Positions 1 through 10,282 of a stretch of 64,000 nucleotides of DNA are shown one piece after another. The position numbers were made by a program, and so were the translations under genes. The DNA comes from an uncultured Burkholderiaceae bacterium (lineage in GTDB: Bacteria; Pseudomonadota; Gammaproteobacteria; Burkholderiales; Burkholderiaceae_C). The notes under the pieces were generated by a model, which was not told where the DNA came from, ran no database searches, and was given only the letters and a program-made list of their open reading frames with translations. The DNA lies in NCBI GenBank assembly GCA_964478285.1, contig CAYZHE010000011.1, forward strand, positions 4,226-68,225, given 5' to 3'. Numbering within the stretch: position 1 is the stretch's first letter; each line of letters starts with the position of its first letter.

Positions 1-614
1 GCCGGCATATCCTGCGCCTCGATGATGTCGCCATTGATGCGAAAGCGCACAAATCCAAGCGCTTGCATGCGAGCGACGAGATCAGCGAATTCGCCCTTTT
101 TTTCGCGAGCAATCGGCGCCAAGATCATGACCCGAGTCTGTTCTGGGAACCCCAAGACTTGATCCACCATCTGACTGACGCTCTGGGCGCGCAAGGGTAA
201 ATCGTGGTCAGGACAATGCGGCGTACCCGCGCGAGCAAACAGCAGTCGCAGGTAATCATGGATCTCAGTCACTGTGCCCACGGTGGAGCGCGGATTGTGG
301 CTGGTCGCTTTTTGTTCGATTGCAATCGCGGGCGACAGCCCCTCAATCCAATCCACATCGGGCTTATCCATCAGATGCAAAAACTGACGGGCATAAGCCG
401 ATAAGCTTTCCACATACCGGCGTTGTCCCTCTGCATAAAGGGTGTCAAACGCCAAACTTGATTTGCCCGAGCCACTCAAGCCAGTGATCACACTCAATTT
501 GCCCTTGGGCAAATCAACGTCAATGTTTTTCAGATTGTGGGTGCGTGCACCCCGCACACTCAAACGGCCATTGAGGGCAAAAGTTGGAGGGCTCAGCGGA
601 TCTGGGGCATTCAT
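1..614 (-). CDS. uvrA: Excinuclease ABC subunit A (canonical UvrA). Only the N-terminal ~204 aa are present; the gene runs off the left window edge.
   Basis: The minus strand from ATG 614-612 reads [65 protein letters not shown]..., with the UvrA N-terminus and a Walker A motif. It is missing from the ORF track because it is open at the edge. The + ORF 442..729 is its antisense shadow. Confidence 0.85.
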   Translation of the reverse strand, partial: MNAPDPLSPPTFALNGRLSVRGARTHNLKNIDVDLPKGKLSVITGLSGSGKSSLAFDTLYAEGQRRYVESLSAYARQFLHLMDKPDVDWIEGLSPAIAIEQKATSHNPRSTVGTVTEIHDYLRLLFARAGTPHCPDHDLPLRAQSVSQMVDQVLGFPEQTRVMILAPIAREKKGEFADLVARMQALGFVRFRINGDIIEAQDMP

Positions 615-762
615 TTTTTTGGGCACAATCGGAAAACCACGGGCAACCGCGCATCATAAAGCGCTAGGCCCTTTCAGCCAAATCCGCTGGAGTTGTGGCG
701 CACAATACCGCTTTTACCCCTCGCCCTGATTGCCTGTGAACGTTTCTTCAGCCGAACACAAA

Positions 763-1938
763 ATGACGCCACTTGAGCGCCGAGCCAGCCTATCTCTGGC
801 CTCGCTCTTTGCCCTTCGGATGCTGGGCTTGTTCTTGGTGCTACCCGTTTTCGCCCTCGAAGCATCCCACTACTCCGGGGGAGATGAGCCTGCCAAAGTG
901 GGCTTGGCCATGGGGATTTATGGTTTGATGCAAGCCTGTCTCCAGATCCCAATGGGGGCAGCCTCGGACCGATGGGGGCGCAAGGTCGTGCTCGCCTTCG
1001 GGCTGCTGGTGTTTGCACTGGGCAGTGGTATCGCGGCCACAGCCACCAGCTTAGATGGACTGCTGCTGGGACGAGCCATACAAGGCGCAGGCGCGATTTC
1101 TGCTGCGATCACGGCTTTGCTAGCGGACCTGACGCGCCCGCAAGTCCGAACCAAGGGCATGGCGTTGGTCGGCATCAGCATTGCCGCGATGTTCGCATTG
1201 TCACTGTTGATCGCCCCGCCTCTGGTCACTCAGATCGGCCTCTCAGGCCTGTTTGGTTTGACAGCCGTACTTGCGATCGCTGGGATCATCGTGGTTTTCT
1301 GGGTGGTCCCCGCGGAACCGCCGAGACAGAACGAACCAACCGGCATGGCCGGGATCCGAGCTGTACTCCAAAGTGGATCATTGCGCCGACTCGACTGGGG
1401 CGTCTGGACTTTACACAGCGTTCAAATCGCAATGTGGATGGGGGTCCCTGCGCTGCTGGTGCAAGCGGGTCTCGCCCGAGCTGACCACTGGCAGTTGTAT
1501 TTGCCAGCCCTGATGGCGTCGATTTTGGTGTTGGGAGGCGTGTTGTTCAGGTTGGAGCGCAAAGGCTACATGAAACAAGTCATGTTGTTTTGCATCGCAT
1601 TGTTAGCGCTGGTACAGCTCGGCTTGGTTTGGGCGGCTCACAGCCAAGCTGGTTTATGGCCTTTAGGCAGCTTGTTGTTTGGTTTCTTTTTGGCATTCAA
1701 CGCGCTAGAGGCCAGTCAGCCCAGTTTGACGTCCAAACTCGCCCCTTCAGAGCAACGCGGGGCAGCCTTAGGCGTGTTCAATACCGCTCAATCCTTGGGA
1801 TTTTTCACCGGAGGTGCTGCGGGTGGCTGGTTGTTGCAATGGGGCGGCGCCCCTTTGCTGTATGCCTGCTGCTTTGGCGCACTGGCGATCTGGTGGTGGG
1901 TCGCCAAAGGTCTGGATTTGAGCCAAGCCAATCACTGA
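763..1938 (+). CDS. MFS transporter
   Basis: The ORF 730..1938 has multiple hydrophobic helices and the MFS-like loop motif ASDRWGRK. ATG 763 (MTPLERR) is preferred over the non-ATG start at 730. Confidence 0.8.
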   Translation: MTPLERRASLSLASLFALRMLGLFLVLPVFALEASHYSGGDEPAKVGLAMGIYGLMQACLQIPMGAASDRWGRKVVLAFGLLVFALGSGIAATATSLDGLLLGRAIQGAGAISAAITALLADLTRPQVRTKGMALVGISIAAMFALSLLIAPPLVTQIGLSGLFGLTAVLAIAGIIVVFWVVPAEPPRQNEPTGMAGIRAVLQSGSLRRLDWGVWTLHSVQIAMWMGVPALLVQAGLARADHWQLYLPALMASILVLGGVLFRLERKGYMKQVMLFCIALLALVQLGLVWAAHSQAGLWPLGSLLFGFFLAFNALEASQPSLTSKLAPSEQRGAALGVFNTAQSLGFFTGGAAGGWLLQWGGAPLLYACCFGALAIWWWVAKGLDLSQANH

Positions 1939-1995
1939 TTGCCGGGCGATCTCTTTGGGGCAACACTGCCATGCCTGATCATGGCGGCGCCCCTT

Positions 1996-3363
1996 TTAGT
2001 GCGTGGTCGCAGTGCGCCCAGCTTTGGCATCAGGTGCGACATAAGGGTCGGCCATGTGCTCGGCCAGGGCCGCATAAAGCGGTCGGCTCACCAAGCGTGA
2101 CAGCAAGCTCGCCAGCATTGCTGCAGCCATCAGGGTCAAAACCAAAGCCCGGCCATCAATCATCTCCATCACGATGATGAAACTGGTGAGAGGGGCTTGC
2201 GTCACCGCGGCCAAAAACGCGGCCATGCCAATCGCAATCAAAACTGGCGCCATATCTGCAGCCATGTGGGCGTCGACCAATTGGGCAATGTCGTTGCCAA
2301 TGCCCGCTCCGATTGACAAAGATGGCGCAAAAATCCCACCCGGAACGCCGCACCAAGTCGTGATCCAAGTCGCCATGAATTTGAGCAAAGCATAGAGCTG
2401 AGTGACGTCACTTTCTCCAACCAACATTTTGCGCACCTCTTCACCACCGGCACCAAAAGTGGCACCGCCAGTGCTGAGTCCGATGATGGCAATCGCTAAT
2501 CCTCCCGCACCAGCGAAGCGCACCGGGTAGCGTGCGCGCAGGCGGTTGAGCGCACTAGGCGCACCCGTGAGTGACATCAGCAACAATCGAGAAAACAAGC
2601 CGCCGGCCAATCCACAGACAACGGCGACCAAGATGGAAGGGGCCAAGCTGTTCCAACTCAAGGTGGGCACCTTGATCGACCCAAAGTAACTGTAGTTACC
2701 AAACGCGGATATCGACACCAAGCCCGCCAACACGATCGCGGCAATGATCAGGCCACTGGAACGCGACTCGATCTTGCGCGCCAGCTCTTCAATCGCGAAC
2801 ACAACCCCTGCGAGTGGCGCATTGAACGCCGCAGCAATACCCGCTGCCCCCCCCGCGACCAACAAGGCTTGTTCATTCAGAGCGGAGCCGGGTCGAATCC
2901 ACCGCCTGGCGTTATGCATGATGCCGGCTGCGACTTGGACAGAGGGGCCCTCCCGACCAAGCGACAAACCCGCTAGCAATCCAGCCGCCGAAAGCACCAC
3001 TTTGGCCACAGTCAGCCGGAGCGAAACAAAGTGGCGCCGCGCCAATCCAGGTAAATTAGGGTCGAGCGCAGTGATCACTTGAGGGATACCCGAGCCCGCA
3101 GCTCCCGGCGCGAATGAACGGGTCAGCCACACGATCAGCATGGTGATGGCCGGCGTCCAAATCAAAACACTCCACCGCCATGTCCCGTTGACATGCAAAA
3201 AAAGCTCGAAACACCACTCGGCGAGCATAGTGAAAAGCACCACAACCAAGCCCGCCGCCACGGCGTAACCCAAAACGATGGCCCTATCAAACCACGCACG
3301 TCCATCGCGCAATTCGTGTTGCAGGTTTTCCAGGAAGTCGGGCTCTTGGGTTTGTCTCGTCAT
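1996..3363 (-). CDS. ClC-family chloride channel / H+-Cl- antiporter
   Basis: It carries the ClC signatures GREGPSVQ and GIFAPSLSIGAG and is polytopic. The start is uncertain: ATG 3363 or 3381, and the track start 3501 is probably an over-extension. Confidence 0.85.
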   Translation of the reverse strand: MTRQTQEPDFLENLQHELRDGRAWFDRAIVLGYAVAAGLVVVLFTMLAEWCFELFLHVNGTWRWSVLIWTPAITMLIVWLTRSFAPGAAGSGIPQVITALDPNLPGLARRHFVSLRLTVAKVVLSAAGLLAGLSLGREGPSVQVAAGIMHNARRWIRPGSALNEQALLVAGGAAGIAAAFNAPLAGVVFAIEELARKIESRSSGLIIAAIVLAGLVSISAFGNYSYFGSIKVPTLSWNSLAPSILVAVVCGLAGGLFSRLLLMSLTGAPSALNRLRARYPVRFAGAGGLAIAIIGLSTGGATFGAGGEEVRKMLVGESDVTQLYALLKFMATWITTWCGVPGGIFAPSLSIGAGIGNDIAQLVDAHMAADMAPVLIAIGMAAFLAAVTQAPLTSFIIVMEMIDGRALVLTLMAAAMLASLLSRLVSRPLYAALAEHMADPYVAPDAKAGRTATTH

Positions 3364-3542
3364 TGACGCAGGATTGTGCATGAATTGCCCTCCCATGCAC
3401 GCACCCAGAGGACTCGTGGCCGCAGAGGCGTTGTCGACAGCCGACACCGTCAAAGTTCGCCCGTCCGCGTGTTCGCACCCTCGGTTTGCAGCTTGGGGCA
3501 CAATGTATTCTTTTTAGACACCCTAACAAAGGACTGCGCACC

Positions 3543-4019
3543 ATGGCATCCGTCAACAAAGTGATCCTCATCGGCAATTGCGGCCGTGACCCCGAAATCC
3601 GTTACTTGCCCTCTGGGCAGGCAGTGGCGAACGTGAGTATTGCCACTTCTAGCCGCCGCAAAGACCGCACGTCGGGCGAGATGATCGAAGACACACAGTG
3701 GCATCGCGTGACTTTCTATGACCGTTTGGCCGAGATTGCAGGTGAGTACGTCAAAAAGGGACGTCCCATCTATGTGGAAGGTCGTCTGAAATACGGGAAA
3801 TACACCGATCAGGCGGGCCAAGAGCGCAACACCGTCGACATCATCGCAACCGAATTGCAACTGCTCGGCGGTCGTGAAGGCGGTGGCGCCCCTGCCGGCG
3901 GCGGCGAGTACAGTGCGCCCCGTGCGGCGGCTCCCCGGCCAGCAGGGAACGCCGCGCCCGCAGCAGCACGGCCTGCAGCCGGTGGTTTTGATGACATGGA
4001 CGACGACATTCCGTTCTAA
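3543..4019 (+). CDS. ssb: Single-stranded DNA-binding protein
   Basis: MASVNKVILIGNCGRDPEIRYLPSGQAVANVSIATS... forms an OB fold, followed by a Gly/Pro/Ala-rich linker and the acidic tail DDMDDDIPF. ATG is at 3543. Confidence 0.95.
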   Translation: MASVNKVILIGNCGRDPEIRYLPSGQAVANVSIATSSRRKDRTSGEMIEDTQWHRVTFYDRLAEIAGEYVKKGRPIYVEGRLKYGKYTDQAGQERNTVDIIATELQLLGGREGGGAPAGGGEYSAPRAAAPRPAGNAAPAAARPAAGGFDDMDDDIPF

Positions 4020-4041
4020 AGCCGAGGCGTGCGTGCTGCCC

Positions 4042-4069
4042 AGGCGTGCCTTGAGCACGCCTCTTTTTT
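4042..4069 (+). terminator. Rho-independent terminator after ssb
   Basis: An 8-bp stem, aggcgtgc (4042-4049) pairing with gcacgcct (4055-4062), has loop cttga and is followed by a T-run at 4064-4069. Confidence 0.6.
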
Positions 4070-4148
4070 GGCCTCGCCACATAGGTTTTTTCCGACGAGC
4101 AGAGCCGCTTGCCTTGTGAACGCCCGAGAGCACCTAAAATTCGAACCT

Positions 4149-5822
4149 ATGATCGCCATCAAACAAGAACTCCTGGGCGCACTGAGCGCCGCGCTCAAAA
4201 GCGTTGCGCCCGACCATGACCTGACCCCGGCCTTTGAGGCGCCCAAACAAGCCAGTCACGGTGACTTGGCCTGCACCGCGGCGATGCAGCTTGCGAAGCC
4301 CTTGCGTCAAAATCCACGCCAAGTTGGTGAAGCATTGCAACAAGCGTTGCTCGCCCAAAGCGCTGTCGCGAAATGGGTAGAGGACATCAGCTTGGCTGGG
4401 CCAGGTTTTATCAACCTGCGTTTGAAGCCTGAGGCCAAACAGTCGGTGATCAAAGAAGTGCTGGCCCAGGGCCAGTCATATGGGCGGCAGCGACCCGCCG
4501 CCGACAAAGTCTTGGTTGAGTTTGTGTCTGCGAACCCAACGGGACCACTGCATGTCGGACATGGCCGCCAAGCGGCGCTAGGCGACGCCATTTGCAACCT
4601 GCTCGATACCCAAGGTCTGCAGGTCCATCGTGAGTTTTATTACAACGACGCCGGCGTACAAATCAACAACCTCGCACTATCGGTTCAAGCCCGTGCACGC
4701 GGACATCAGCCCGGCGATGCAGCATGGCCAGAGAACGCTTACAACGGTGATTACATTGCGGATATCGCCAGAGATTTCATGACCGGCGCGACGGTCCATG
4801 CGGATGATCGCAGCTTTACGGCAAGTGGCGACGCTGAGGACATTGAAGGCATTCGTCAATTCGCTGTCGCCTACTTGCGCCATGAACAAGACTTGGATTT
4901 GCAGGCTTTCTCTGTGCGCTTTGACCAGTACTATCTGGAGTCAAGCCTCTACACCGAGGGCCGGGTGGCGGGGACAGTGACGGCATTACAAGCCGCAGGA
5001 AAAACCTACGAGCAAGACGGCGCATTGTGGCTGCGGTCGACTGATTACGGTGATGACAAAGACCGGGTGATGCGCAAGACAGACGGCTCATTCACTTATT
5101 TTGTGCCCGATGTCGCATACCACGTCAGCAAATGGGAACGGGGTTTCAGCCGAGTCGTCAATATTCAAGGTTCGGATCACCATGGCACGATTGCACGAGT
5201 GCGTGCCGGTCTGCAGGCCTTGAACGTCGGCATTCCAGAGGGCTACCCCAGTTACGTGTTGCACACCATGGTGCGCGTGATGCGCGGAGGTGAAGAGGTC
5301 AAGATCTCAAAGCGCGCAGGCAGTTACGTCACCTTGCGCGATTTGATTGAGTGGACCAGTGCAGATGCAGTTCGTTTCTTCTTGCTCAGCCGCAAGCCAG
5401 ACACCGAATACATCTTTGACATCGATTTGGCATTGGCGCAAAACAACGACAACCCGGTGTTTTATGTTCAATATGCCCATGCGCGGATTTGCTCAGTCAT
5501 CCATGCCTGGGGAGGAGAGCGCAATGCCTTGTCCAGCGCCGACCTGTCTTTGCTGTCCAGCGACGCTGCATTGAACTTGATGATGGTGATCTCCAAGTAC
5601 CCTGACATGCTGACAGGTGCGGCGCAGGATTTCGCCCCGCATGATGTGACTTTTTACCTCCGAGAGTTGGCTGCGGCGTACCATAGCTATTACGATGCAG
5701 AACGGATTCTTGTGGAGGACGAAGCTCTCAAGGCTGCTCGCTTGGCGCTGGTCGCAGCAACAGCCCAAGTCCTCAAAAATGGGCTTCAAGTGCTCGGCGT
5801 TCACGCACCAGAAAAGATGTAA
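4149..5822 (+). CDS. argS: Arginine--tRNA ligase
   Basis: It has the class I motif [13 protein letters not shown] and a full-length ArgRS-like sequence with a C-terminal anticodon-binding region. ATG 4149 (MIAIKQELL) is the likely start. Confidence 0.95.
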   Translation: MIAIKQELLGALSAALKSVAPDHDLTPAFEAPKQASHGDLACTAAMQLAKPLRQNPRQVGEALQQALLAQSAVAKWVEDISLAGPGFINLRLKPEAKQSVIKEVLAQGQSYGRQRPAADKVLVEFVSANPTGPLHVGHGRQAALGDAICNLLDTQGLQVHREFYYNDAGVQINNLALSVQARARGHQPGDAAWPENAYNGDYIADIARDFMTGATVHADDRSFTASGDAEDIEGIRQFAVAYLRHEQDLDLQAFSVRFDQYYLESSLYTEGRVAGTVTALQAAGKTYEQDGALWLRSTDYGDDKDRVMRKTDGSFTYFVPDVAYHVSKWERGFSRVVNIQGSDHHGTIARVRAGLQALNVGIPEGYPSYVLHTMVRVMRGGEEVKISKRAGSYVTLRDLIEWTSADAVRFFLLSRKPDTEYIFDIDLALAQNNDNPVFYVQYAHARICSVIHAWGGERNALSSADLSLLSSDAALNLMMVISKYPDMLTGAAQDFAPHDVTFYLRELAAAYHSYYDAERILVEDEALKAARLALVAATAQVLKNGLQVLGVHAPEKM

Positions 5823-5843
5823 CTTTCAAACAACCACCCTGAC

Positions 5844-6551
5844 ATGACCACACCTTTAACTCACCAACGAGGACTCAGCATCTTGGGTTTTGTCTTTGGC
5901 TTGGTCGTCGGTTTGGCTATCGCCCTTGCTGTCGCGGTGTATGTCACCAAGGTCCCGGTGCCCTTCATCGATCGCGGCGTTCTCGCTACGGCGGAACAAG
6001 AGCAAGCAGAAGCCGAAAGAAACAAAGACTGGAATCCCAACGCCACGTTCAATCAAAACAAAAGTGCTGTCGCCACCGATGGAACGCCAGTCACTGATGA
6101 GGCGCCCAATGATGGCTTGAATGCGTTGGTCAAACTGCATTCCCCGGAGCCCTCTAGCGCGGCAGAGCCTGCGTCAGAAGCGAATTCGGGTTCGGCTGTG
6201 AATGCGCTGCCCGCATCGGAGCCCTCGACCATTGAAGACAGCAAGACCGCTTCTGAAAGCACGCCGGTAGCGCCTGCAGTCGCAATGCCTGTTTCTCCGA
6301 TCGGCCAAGTGCGCGAGTTATTGTTTTTCGTTCAGGCGGGTGCATACAACCGGTTACAAGACGCGGAGTCACAGCGTGCCAAATTGGCCATGCTCGGGAT
6401 CGATGCTCGAGTGACGACTGAAAGCGTCAACGGGCAGCAGGTCAACCGGGTGCGAACGGGACCGTTCAAAACGCGCTCTGCAGCCTTGTCCACGCGTCAG
6501 CGCCTCACTGAACAAGGCATAGAGTCCTTGATCGTCGTCGTGCCGAAATAG
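5844..6551 (+). CDS. SPOR domain-containing membrane protein (division-site peptidoglycan binding)
   Basis: It has an N-terminal TM helix, a low-complexity Ser/Ala/Pro/Glu linker, and a C-terminal SPOR-like ~75 aa (FFVQAGAYNRLQDAESQRAKLAMLGIDARV...). Confidence 0.75.
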   Translation: MTTPLTHQRGLSILGFVFGLVVGLAIALAVAVYVTKVPVPFIDRGVLATAEQEQAEAERNKDWNPNATFNQNKSAVATDGTPVTDEAPNDGLNALVKLHSPEPSSAAEPASEANSGSAVNALPASEPSTIEDSKTASESTPVAPAVAMPVSPIGQVRELLFFVQAGAYNRLQDAESQRAKLAMLGIDARVTTESVNGQQVNRVRTGPFKTRSAALSTRQRLTEQGIESLIVVVPK

Positions 6552-6665
6552 CGCACGACCCAACTAAAGCCCGATGCTCTGCCACAAAGTCGGAACTTTT
6601 TCGACTGCGGCAACTCAGACACTCATGGCACAACAATGTCGTTTGTCTTTAGGAGAATTTTTCGT

Positions 6666-7277
6666 ATGTTCAGTCGACGCCAGTTCAACCACTCTCTCAT
6701 CGCTGCCAGCGTCAGCTCACTCAGCCTGCCCACTTGGGCATTCACTGAAGGCAAGGAGTACATCCGTTTACCCAAAGCGATCCCCACGCAGGTAGATGCC
6801 GGTCAATTCGAGGTACTGGAATTTTTTGCCTACTCCTGTGTGCACTGTTATCGGTTCGAACCCATCCTCGCCGAATGGAAAAAAACCTTGTCCGCCAACG
6901 TCGTCGTGCGTCAGGTCCCGGTCCAGTTTTCGCCCGCGTTCGAACCTTTGGCCAAAACGTTTTACGCATTCGAAGCCTTGGGCTGGTTGGACACTCTCCA
7001 TCAACGTCTATTTGCTGCGATCCATTTGGAGAAAAAGCGCATTTATGACGAAGCTGCAATCATGCAGTGGATATCCCAGCAAGGCGTGGACACAAAAGCT
7101 TTCCAAAAGGCCTACGCCTCGTTCGGCGTCGCGGGCAAAACCAAGCGCGCTGTGCAATTGTCCAACGCTTATGCCGTGGAGGGGACTCCCTCGCTCGGCA
7201 TTCATGGCCAATTCATGGTGCCAGGTCAAGGCGACAAAACCATTCAAGTGGCCAACGAGTTGCTCAAAAAACTCTGA
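6666..7277 (+). CDS. dsbA: Thiol:disulfide interchange protein DsbA
   Basis: It has a signal peptide and the thioredoxin active site CVHC in FFAYSCVHCYRFEP. ATG 6666 has GGAG about 10 nt upstream; the alternative start is 6636. Confidence 0.85.
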   Translation: MFSRRQFNHSLIAASVSSLSLPTWAFTEGKEYIRLPKAIPTQVDAGQFEVLEFFAYSCVHCYRFEPILAEWKKTLSANVVVRQVPVQFSPAFEPLAKTFYAFEALGWLDTLHQRLFAAIHLEKKRIYDEAAIMQWISQQGVDTKAFQKAYASFGVAGKTKRAVQLSNAYAVEGTPSLGIHGQFMVPGQGDKTIQVANELLKKL

Positions 7278-7298
7278 CTCAGCACCACTGAGCCACCC

Positions 7299-7327
7299 AG
7301 CCCGAGGCACCCCTCGGGCTTCTTTTT
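7299..7327 (+). terminator. Rho-independent terminator after dsbA
   Basis: The stem agcccgagg (7299-7307) pairs with cctcgggct (7312-7320) around loop cacc, followed by tcttttt. Confidence 0.6.
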
Positions 7328-7388
7328 GCGCGAGACTAGGGTTCACCAGCAGTCACCGCTACAATGGGCATGCAATTTTCATGCCGCC

Positions 7389-7949
7389 ATGTTCAAGTAC
7401 CCATTCAAATCTATTTCGATCATTGCCCTGTGCGCCACTTGCTTAAGCACCGCCGCACCGGTGATGGCGGCCCCGGAAAAGGCATCGCCCACAACCCAAA
7501 TTGAGGCGGATGCACTCCAGTACAACGAGAAACAACGCCTGAGTGTCTTTACCGGCTCGGTGAAGCTGGTACGGGGAGACCTCCGCATTCAGGGCGAGCG
7601 ACTGGACTTGCAGGAGTTTGAAGGCGGTCGCCAAAAGGGCATCGCCACCGGAAAACCCGCTCAGTTCGAGAAAGAGCGACCGCAAGTTGAAAGTCAGAGT
7701 GTGGTCGAAAAAGTGCGAGGCTTTGCAGACAAGATCACTTATGACACCGCCAGTGAAATGCTGGTGTTGGAGGGCAATGCCAAGCTTCAACGCTGGCGAA
7801 ATGGCAAACTCAACGATGAGACCCAAGGACAGCGCATCACTTATTTGGACACATCAGGGGTATTCACTGTGGAAGGCGGCCCCGCGGCAAGCCAGCCCAA
7901 ACGCGTGACCGCCACCATCGGCCCCGCACCCGCCAAGGACGGCCCGTAA
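7389..7949 (+). CDS. lptA: LPS export periplasmic protein LptA (OstA-like)
   Basis: It has the signal peptide [27 protein letters not shown] and an OstA/LptA-like beta-jellyroll sequence ([35 protein letters not shown]). It lies immediately upstream of lptB. Confidence 0.8.
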   Translation: MFKYPFKSISIIALCATCLSTAAPVMAAPEKASPTTQIEADALQYNEKQRLSVFTGSVKLVRGDLRIQGERLDLQEFEGGRQKGIATGKPAQFEKERPQVESQSVVEKVRGFADKITYDTASEMLVLEGNAKLQRWRNGKLNDETQGQRITYLDTSGVFTVEGGPAASQPKRVTATIGPAPAKDGP

Positions 7950-7953
7950 AGCC

Positions 7954-8715
7954 ATGGTTCAACTGGCCACCACACCCTCAGTCCTGCGGGTAGAACATCT
8001 TCAAAAGTCTTACGGCAGCCGGCAGGTCGTCAAAGATGTCAACCTCCAAGTGCGGCAGGGACAGGTCGTTGGGTTGCTCGGTCCTAACGGGGCTGGAAAA
8101 ACCACATCTTTTTACATGATTGTCGGACTGGTCCGAGCGGATGGAGGCCGGATTTGGCTCGATGATCAACCGATTGAGCGCCTGCCCATGCACAAGCGGG
8201 CGCGCCTGGGACTCGGCTATCTGCCCCAAGAGGCATCCATCTTTCGCAAGCTCACGGTTGAGCAAAACGTGCGCGCAATTTTAGAGTTGCAGACCGATGC
8301 ACAAGGCAGGCCTTGGAGTACTGCACAAATTGAACTGCGCCTCGATGAACTTCTAAGCGATTTGCGTGTCGACCATTTGCGCAACTCGCCTGCCCCTGCG
8401 CTTTCCGGAGGAGAACGACGGCGCGTAGAAATCGCCCGAGCCCTTGCCACTGACCCTCGCTTTATTTTGTTGGATGAGCCCTTTGCTGGCATTGATCCCA
8501 TCGCCGTCATCGAGATCCAACGCATCATCCAGTTCCTCAAGAATCGAAACATCGGCGTACTTATCACAGATCACAACGTGCGCGAGACCCTCGGCATTTG
8601 CGACCAAGCTTTCATCATCAATGATGGCCAGGTACTGGCACAGGGCAGCGCAACCGAAATCGTGGATAACCCAGATGTGCGCCGGGTCTACTTGGGCGAA
8701 CACTTCCGAATGTGA
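7954..8715 (+). CDS. lptB: LPS export ABC transporter ATP-binding protein LptB
   Basis: It has Walker [10 protein letters not shown], signature LSGGERRR and Walker B ILLDEP, is ~253 aa, and sits in the lptA-lptB-rpoN context. Confidence 0.9.
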   Translation: MVQLATTPSVLRVEHLQKSYGSRQVVKDVNLQVRQGQVVGLLGPNGAGKTTSFYMIVGLVRADGGRIWLDDQPIERLPMHKRARLGLGYLPQEASIFRKLTVEQNVRAILELQTDAQGRPWSTAQIELRLDELLSDLRVDHLRNSPAPALSGGERRRVEIARALATDPRFILLDEPFAGIDPIAVIEIQRIIQFLKNRNIGVLITDHNVRETLGICDQAFIINDGQVLAQGSATEIVDNPDVRRVYLGEHFRM

Positions 8716-8725
8716 AGCGTAAGGC

Positions 8726-10282
8726 ATGGCGATCGGAATGAAACCCAGCCTCTCGTTGCGCATGTCGCAGCAGTTGACGCTGACACCGCAGCTTCAACAA
8801 TCGATCCGGCTCTTGCAACTCTCGACTTTGGAGATGGAGCAAGAAATCGAACAGGCCCTGGAGGAGAACCCATTTCTAGAGCGGGAGGACGACCACCTTA
8901 TCGCAGAGGATTTTGGGTTAGCTGAGTCTGACCAACCGATTAGCGAAGGCGATTACATCTCAGAGGCTCAACCAGATTGGACCTTGCCATCCTCCACGAC
9001 GACTTCAGAAGTCGCCCCAGACACCTCAACAATCGGTGCTGACGATACTGCCGAAGGGTCCTCAGAAGCGGAGCCAGCATGGGATGGTGATGGAACTGTC
9101 GAAATCGCCACCAATGACACTGAATGGGGAGATGACGCTCCGCCCCGCGGCAACGCCACAGAGGATGGCGCCTCTGCGTCAGATCTCGCCAGTCGTCACC
9201 TGACATTGATTGATCACCTCATCGAGCAATCCATGGGGCTGCGCATCACCAGCGAATTGCGCGGTGCGCTGGAGTACTTGATTGGCAACCTCAATCAAGA
9301 TGGCTACCTCGAAGACACGCTCCAAGAGCTGGCAGAAGCGCTGGTGGGTGACCAAGACGCGGAAACCTTGACTCGCCTCACTGCATTGCTTGAGGAGGCT
9401 TTGGATTGGTTGCAGGATATGGAGCCCTTAGGGGTGGGAGCCCGAGACTTGAAGGAGTGCCTTAGCCTTCAAATTCTTGGTATGCGCAACAGCGAAGCGG
9501 CCCAGTCCGCCTTGCTGCTATGCGAGCAAGACATGACACTGCTGGCTCGCCGCGATGTGAAAAAGCTCGCGAGCCTCTGTAAGCTCAGTGATGCGTCCAT
9601 TAAGGACGGCTTGGCATTGATTCACTCGCTTGAGCCCAAGCCCGGGCGGCGCTTTGCCAACGCCGAGCAATACGTCATCCGCCCCGATGTCATCGTGACG
9701 CGGGAAGGGGACGATTTCAAAGTCAGCCTGAATCCAGCGGTCATGCCACGCTTGCGCATCCTCGACCAATATGCCACCGCACTGAAAGTGAGCCAAGCCA
9801 CAGCTTCACAGCAAAAACTTCAGGAGGCGCGGTGGTTTGTAAAAAACATCGCGCAACGCTTCGAAACAATCGTGCGTGTTTCAAGCGCGATCGTGATGCG
9901 ACAAAGGGGATTTTTTATGCATGGCGAGATGGCCATGCGCCCGATGGTCTTGCGCGAAATCGCCGACGAATTGGGTCTCCATGAATCAACCGTTAGCCGC
10001 GTGACCAGCTCAAAGTACATGGCCACGCCCTGGGGTACATTTGAGCTCAAATATTTCTTTGGCTCTGGGCTAGGCACTGAAGTGGGAGGCAGCGCCTCAA
10101 GCACCGCAGTACGTGCGCTGCTCAAACAGCTGATCAGCGCAGAAAATACCCAGAAGCCGCTTTCCGACAATCAACTCTCAAAAATGCTCAAAGAACAAGG
10201 CATCGATTGCGCCCGCCGCACCGTTGCCAAGTATCGAGAGTCCATGCGCATTGCGCCTGCCAACCTGCGAAAAGCTCTGTGA
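8726..10282 (+). CDS. rpoN: RNA polymerase sigma-54 factor
   Basis: The N-terminus reads LSLRMSQQLTLTPQLQQSIRLLQLSTLEMEQEIEQALEENPFLE, followed by an acidic region and a C-terminal RpoN box (ARRTVAKYRESMRI). The start is 8726 or 8738. Confidence 0.95.
   Translation: MAIGMKPSLSLRMSQQLTLTPQLQQSIRLLQLSTLEMEQEIEQALEENPFLEREDDHLIAEDFGLAESDQPISEGDYISEAQPDWTLPSSTTTSEVAPDTSTIGADDTAEGSSEAEPAWDGDGTVEIATNDTEWGDDAPPRGNATEDGASASDLASRHLTLIDHLIEQSMGLRITSELRGALEYLIGNLNQDGYLEDTLQELAEALVGDQDAETLTRLTALLEEALDWLQDMEPLGVGARDLKECLSLQILGMRNSEAAQSALLLCEQDMTLLARRDVKKLASLCKLSDASIKDGLALIHSLEPKPGRRFANAEQYVIRPDVIVTREGDDFKVSLNPAVMPRLRILDQYATALKVSQATASQQKLQEARWFVKNIAQRFETIVRVSSAIVMRQRGFFMHGEMAMRPMVLREIADELGLHESTVSRVTSSKYMATPWGTFELKYFFGSGLGTEVGGSASSTAVRALLKQLISAENTQKPLSDNQLSKMLKEQGIDCARRTVAKYRESMRIAPANLRKAL

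Noticed and set aside
442-729. A 95-aa + strand ORF ([24 protein letters not shown]...)
   Set aside because: It is the antisense shadow of the canonical uvrA N-terminus. The same DLPEP-type shadow peptides appear opposite each ATPase module of the double UvrA, for example at 33314..33505, 34949..35212 and 38006..38254.
734-749. A possible LexA/SOS box CTGTGAACGTTTCTTC between uvrA and the MFS gene
   Set aside because: The second half-site is CTTC, not ACAG. It lies inside or adjacent to the MFS ORF start and is not a credible match to CTGT-N8-ACAG.
1939-1995. A possible terminator between the convergent MFS and ClC genes (GCCATG-CCTGAT-CATGGC)
   Set aside because: It is a short 6-bp stem with no flanking T- or A-run, which is not convincing.
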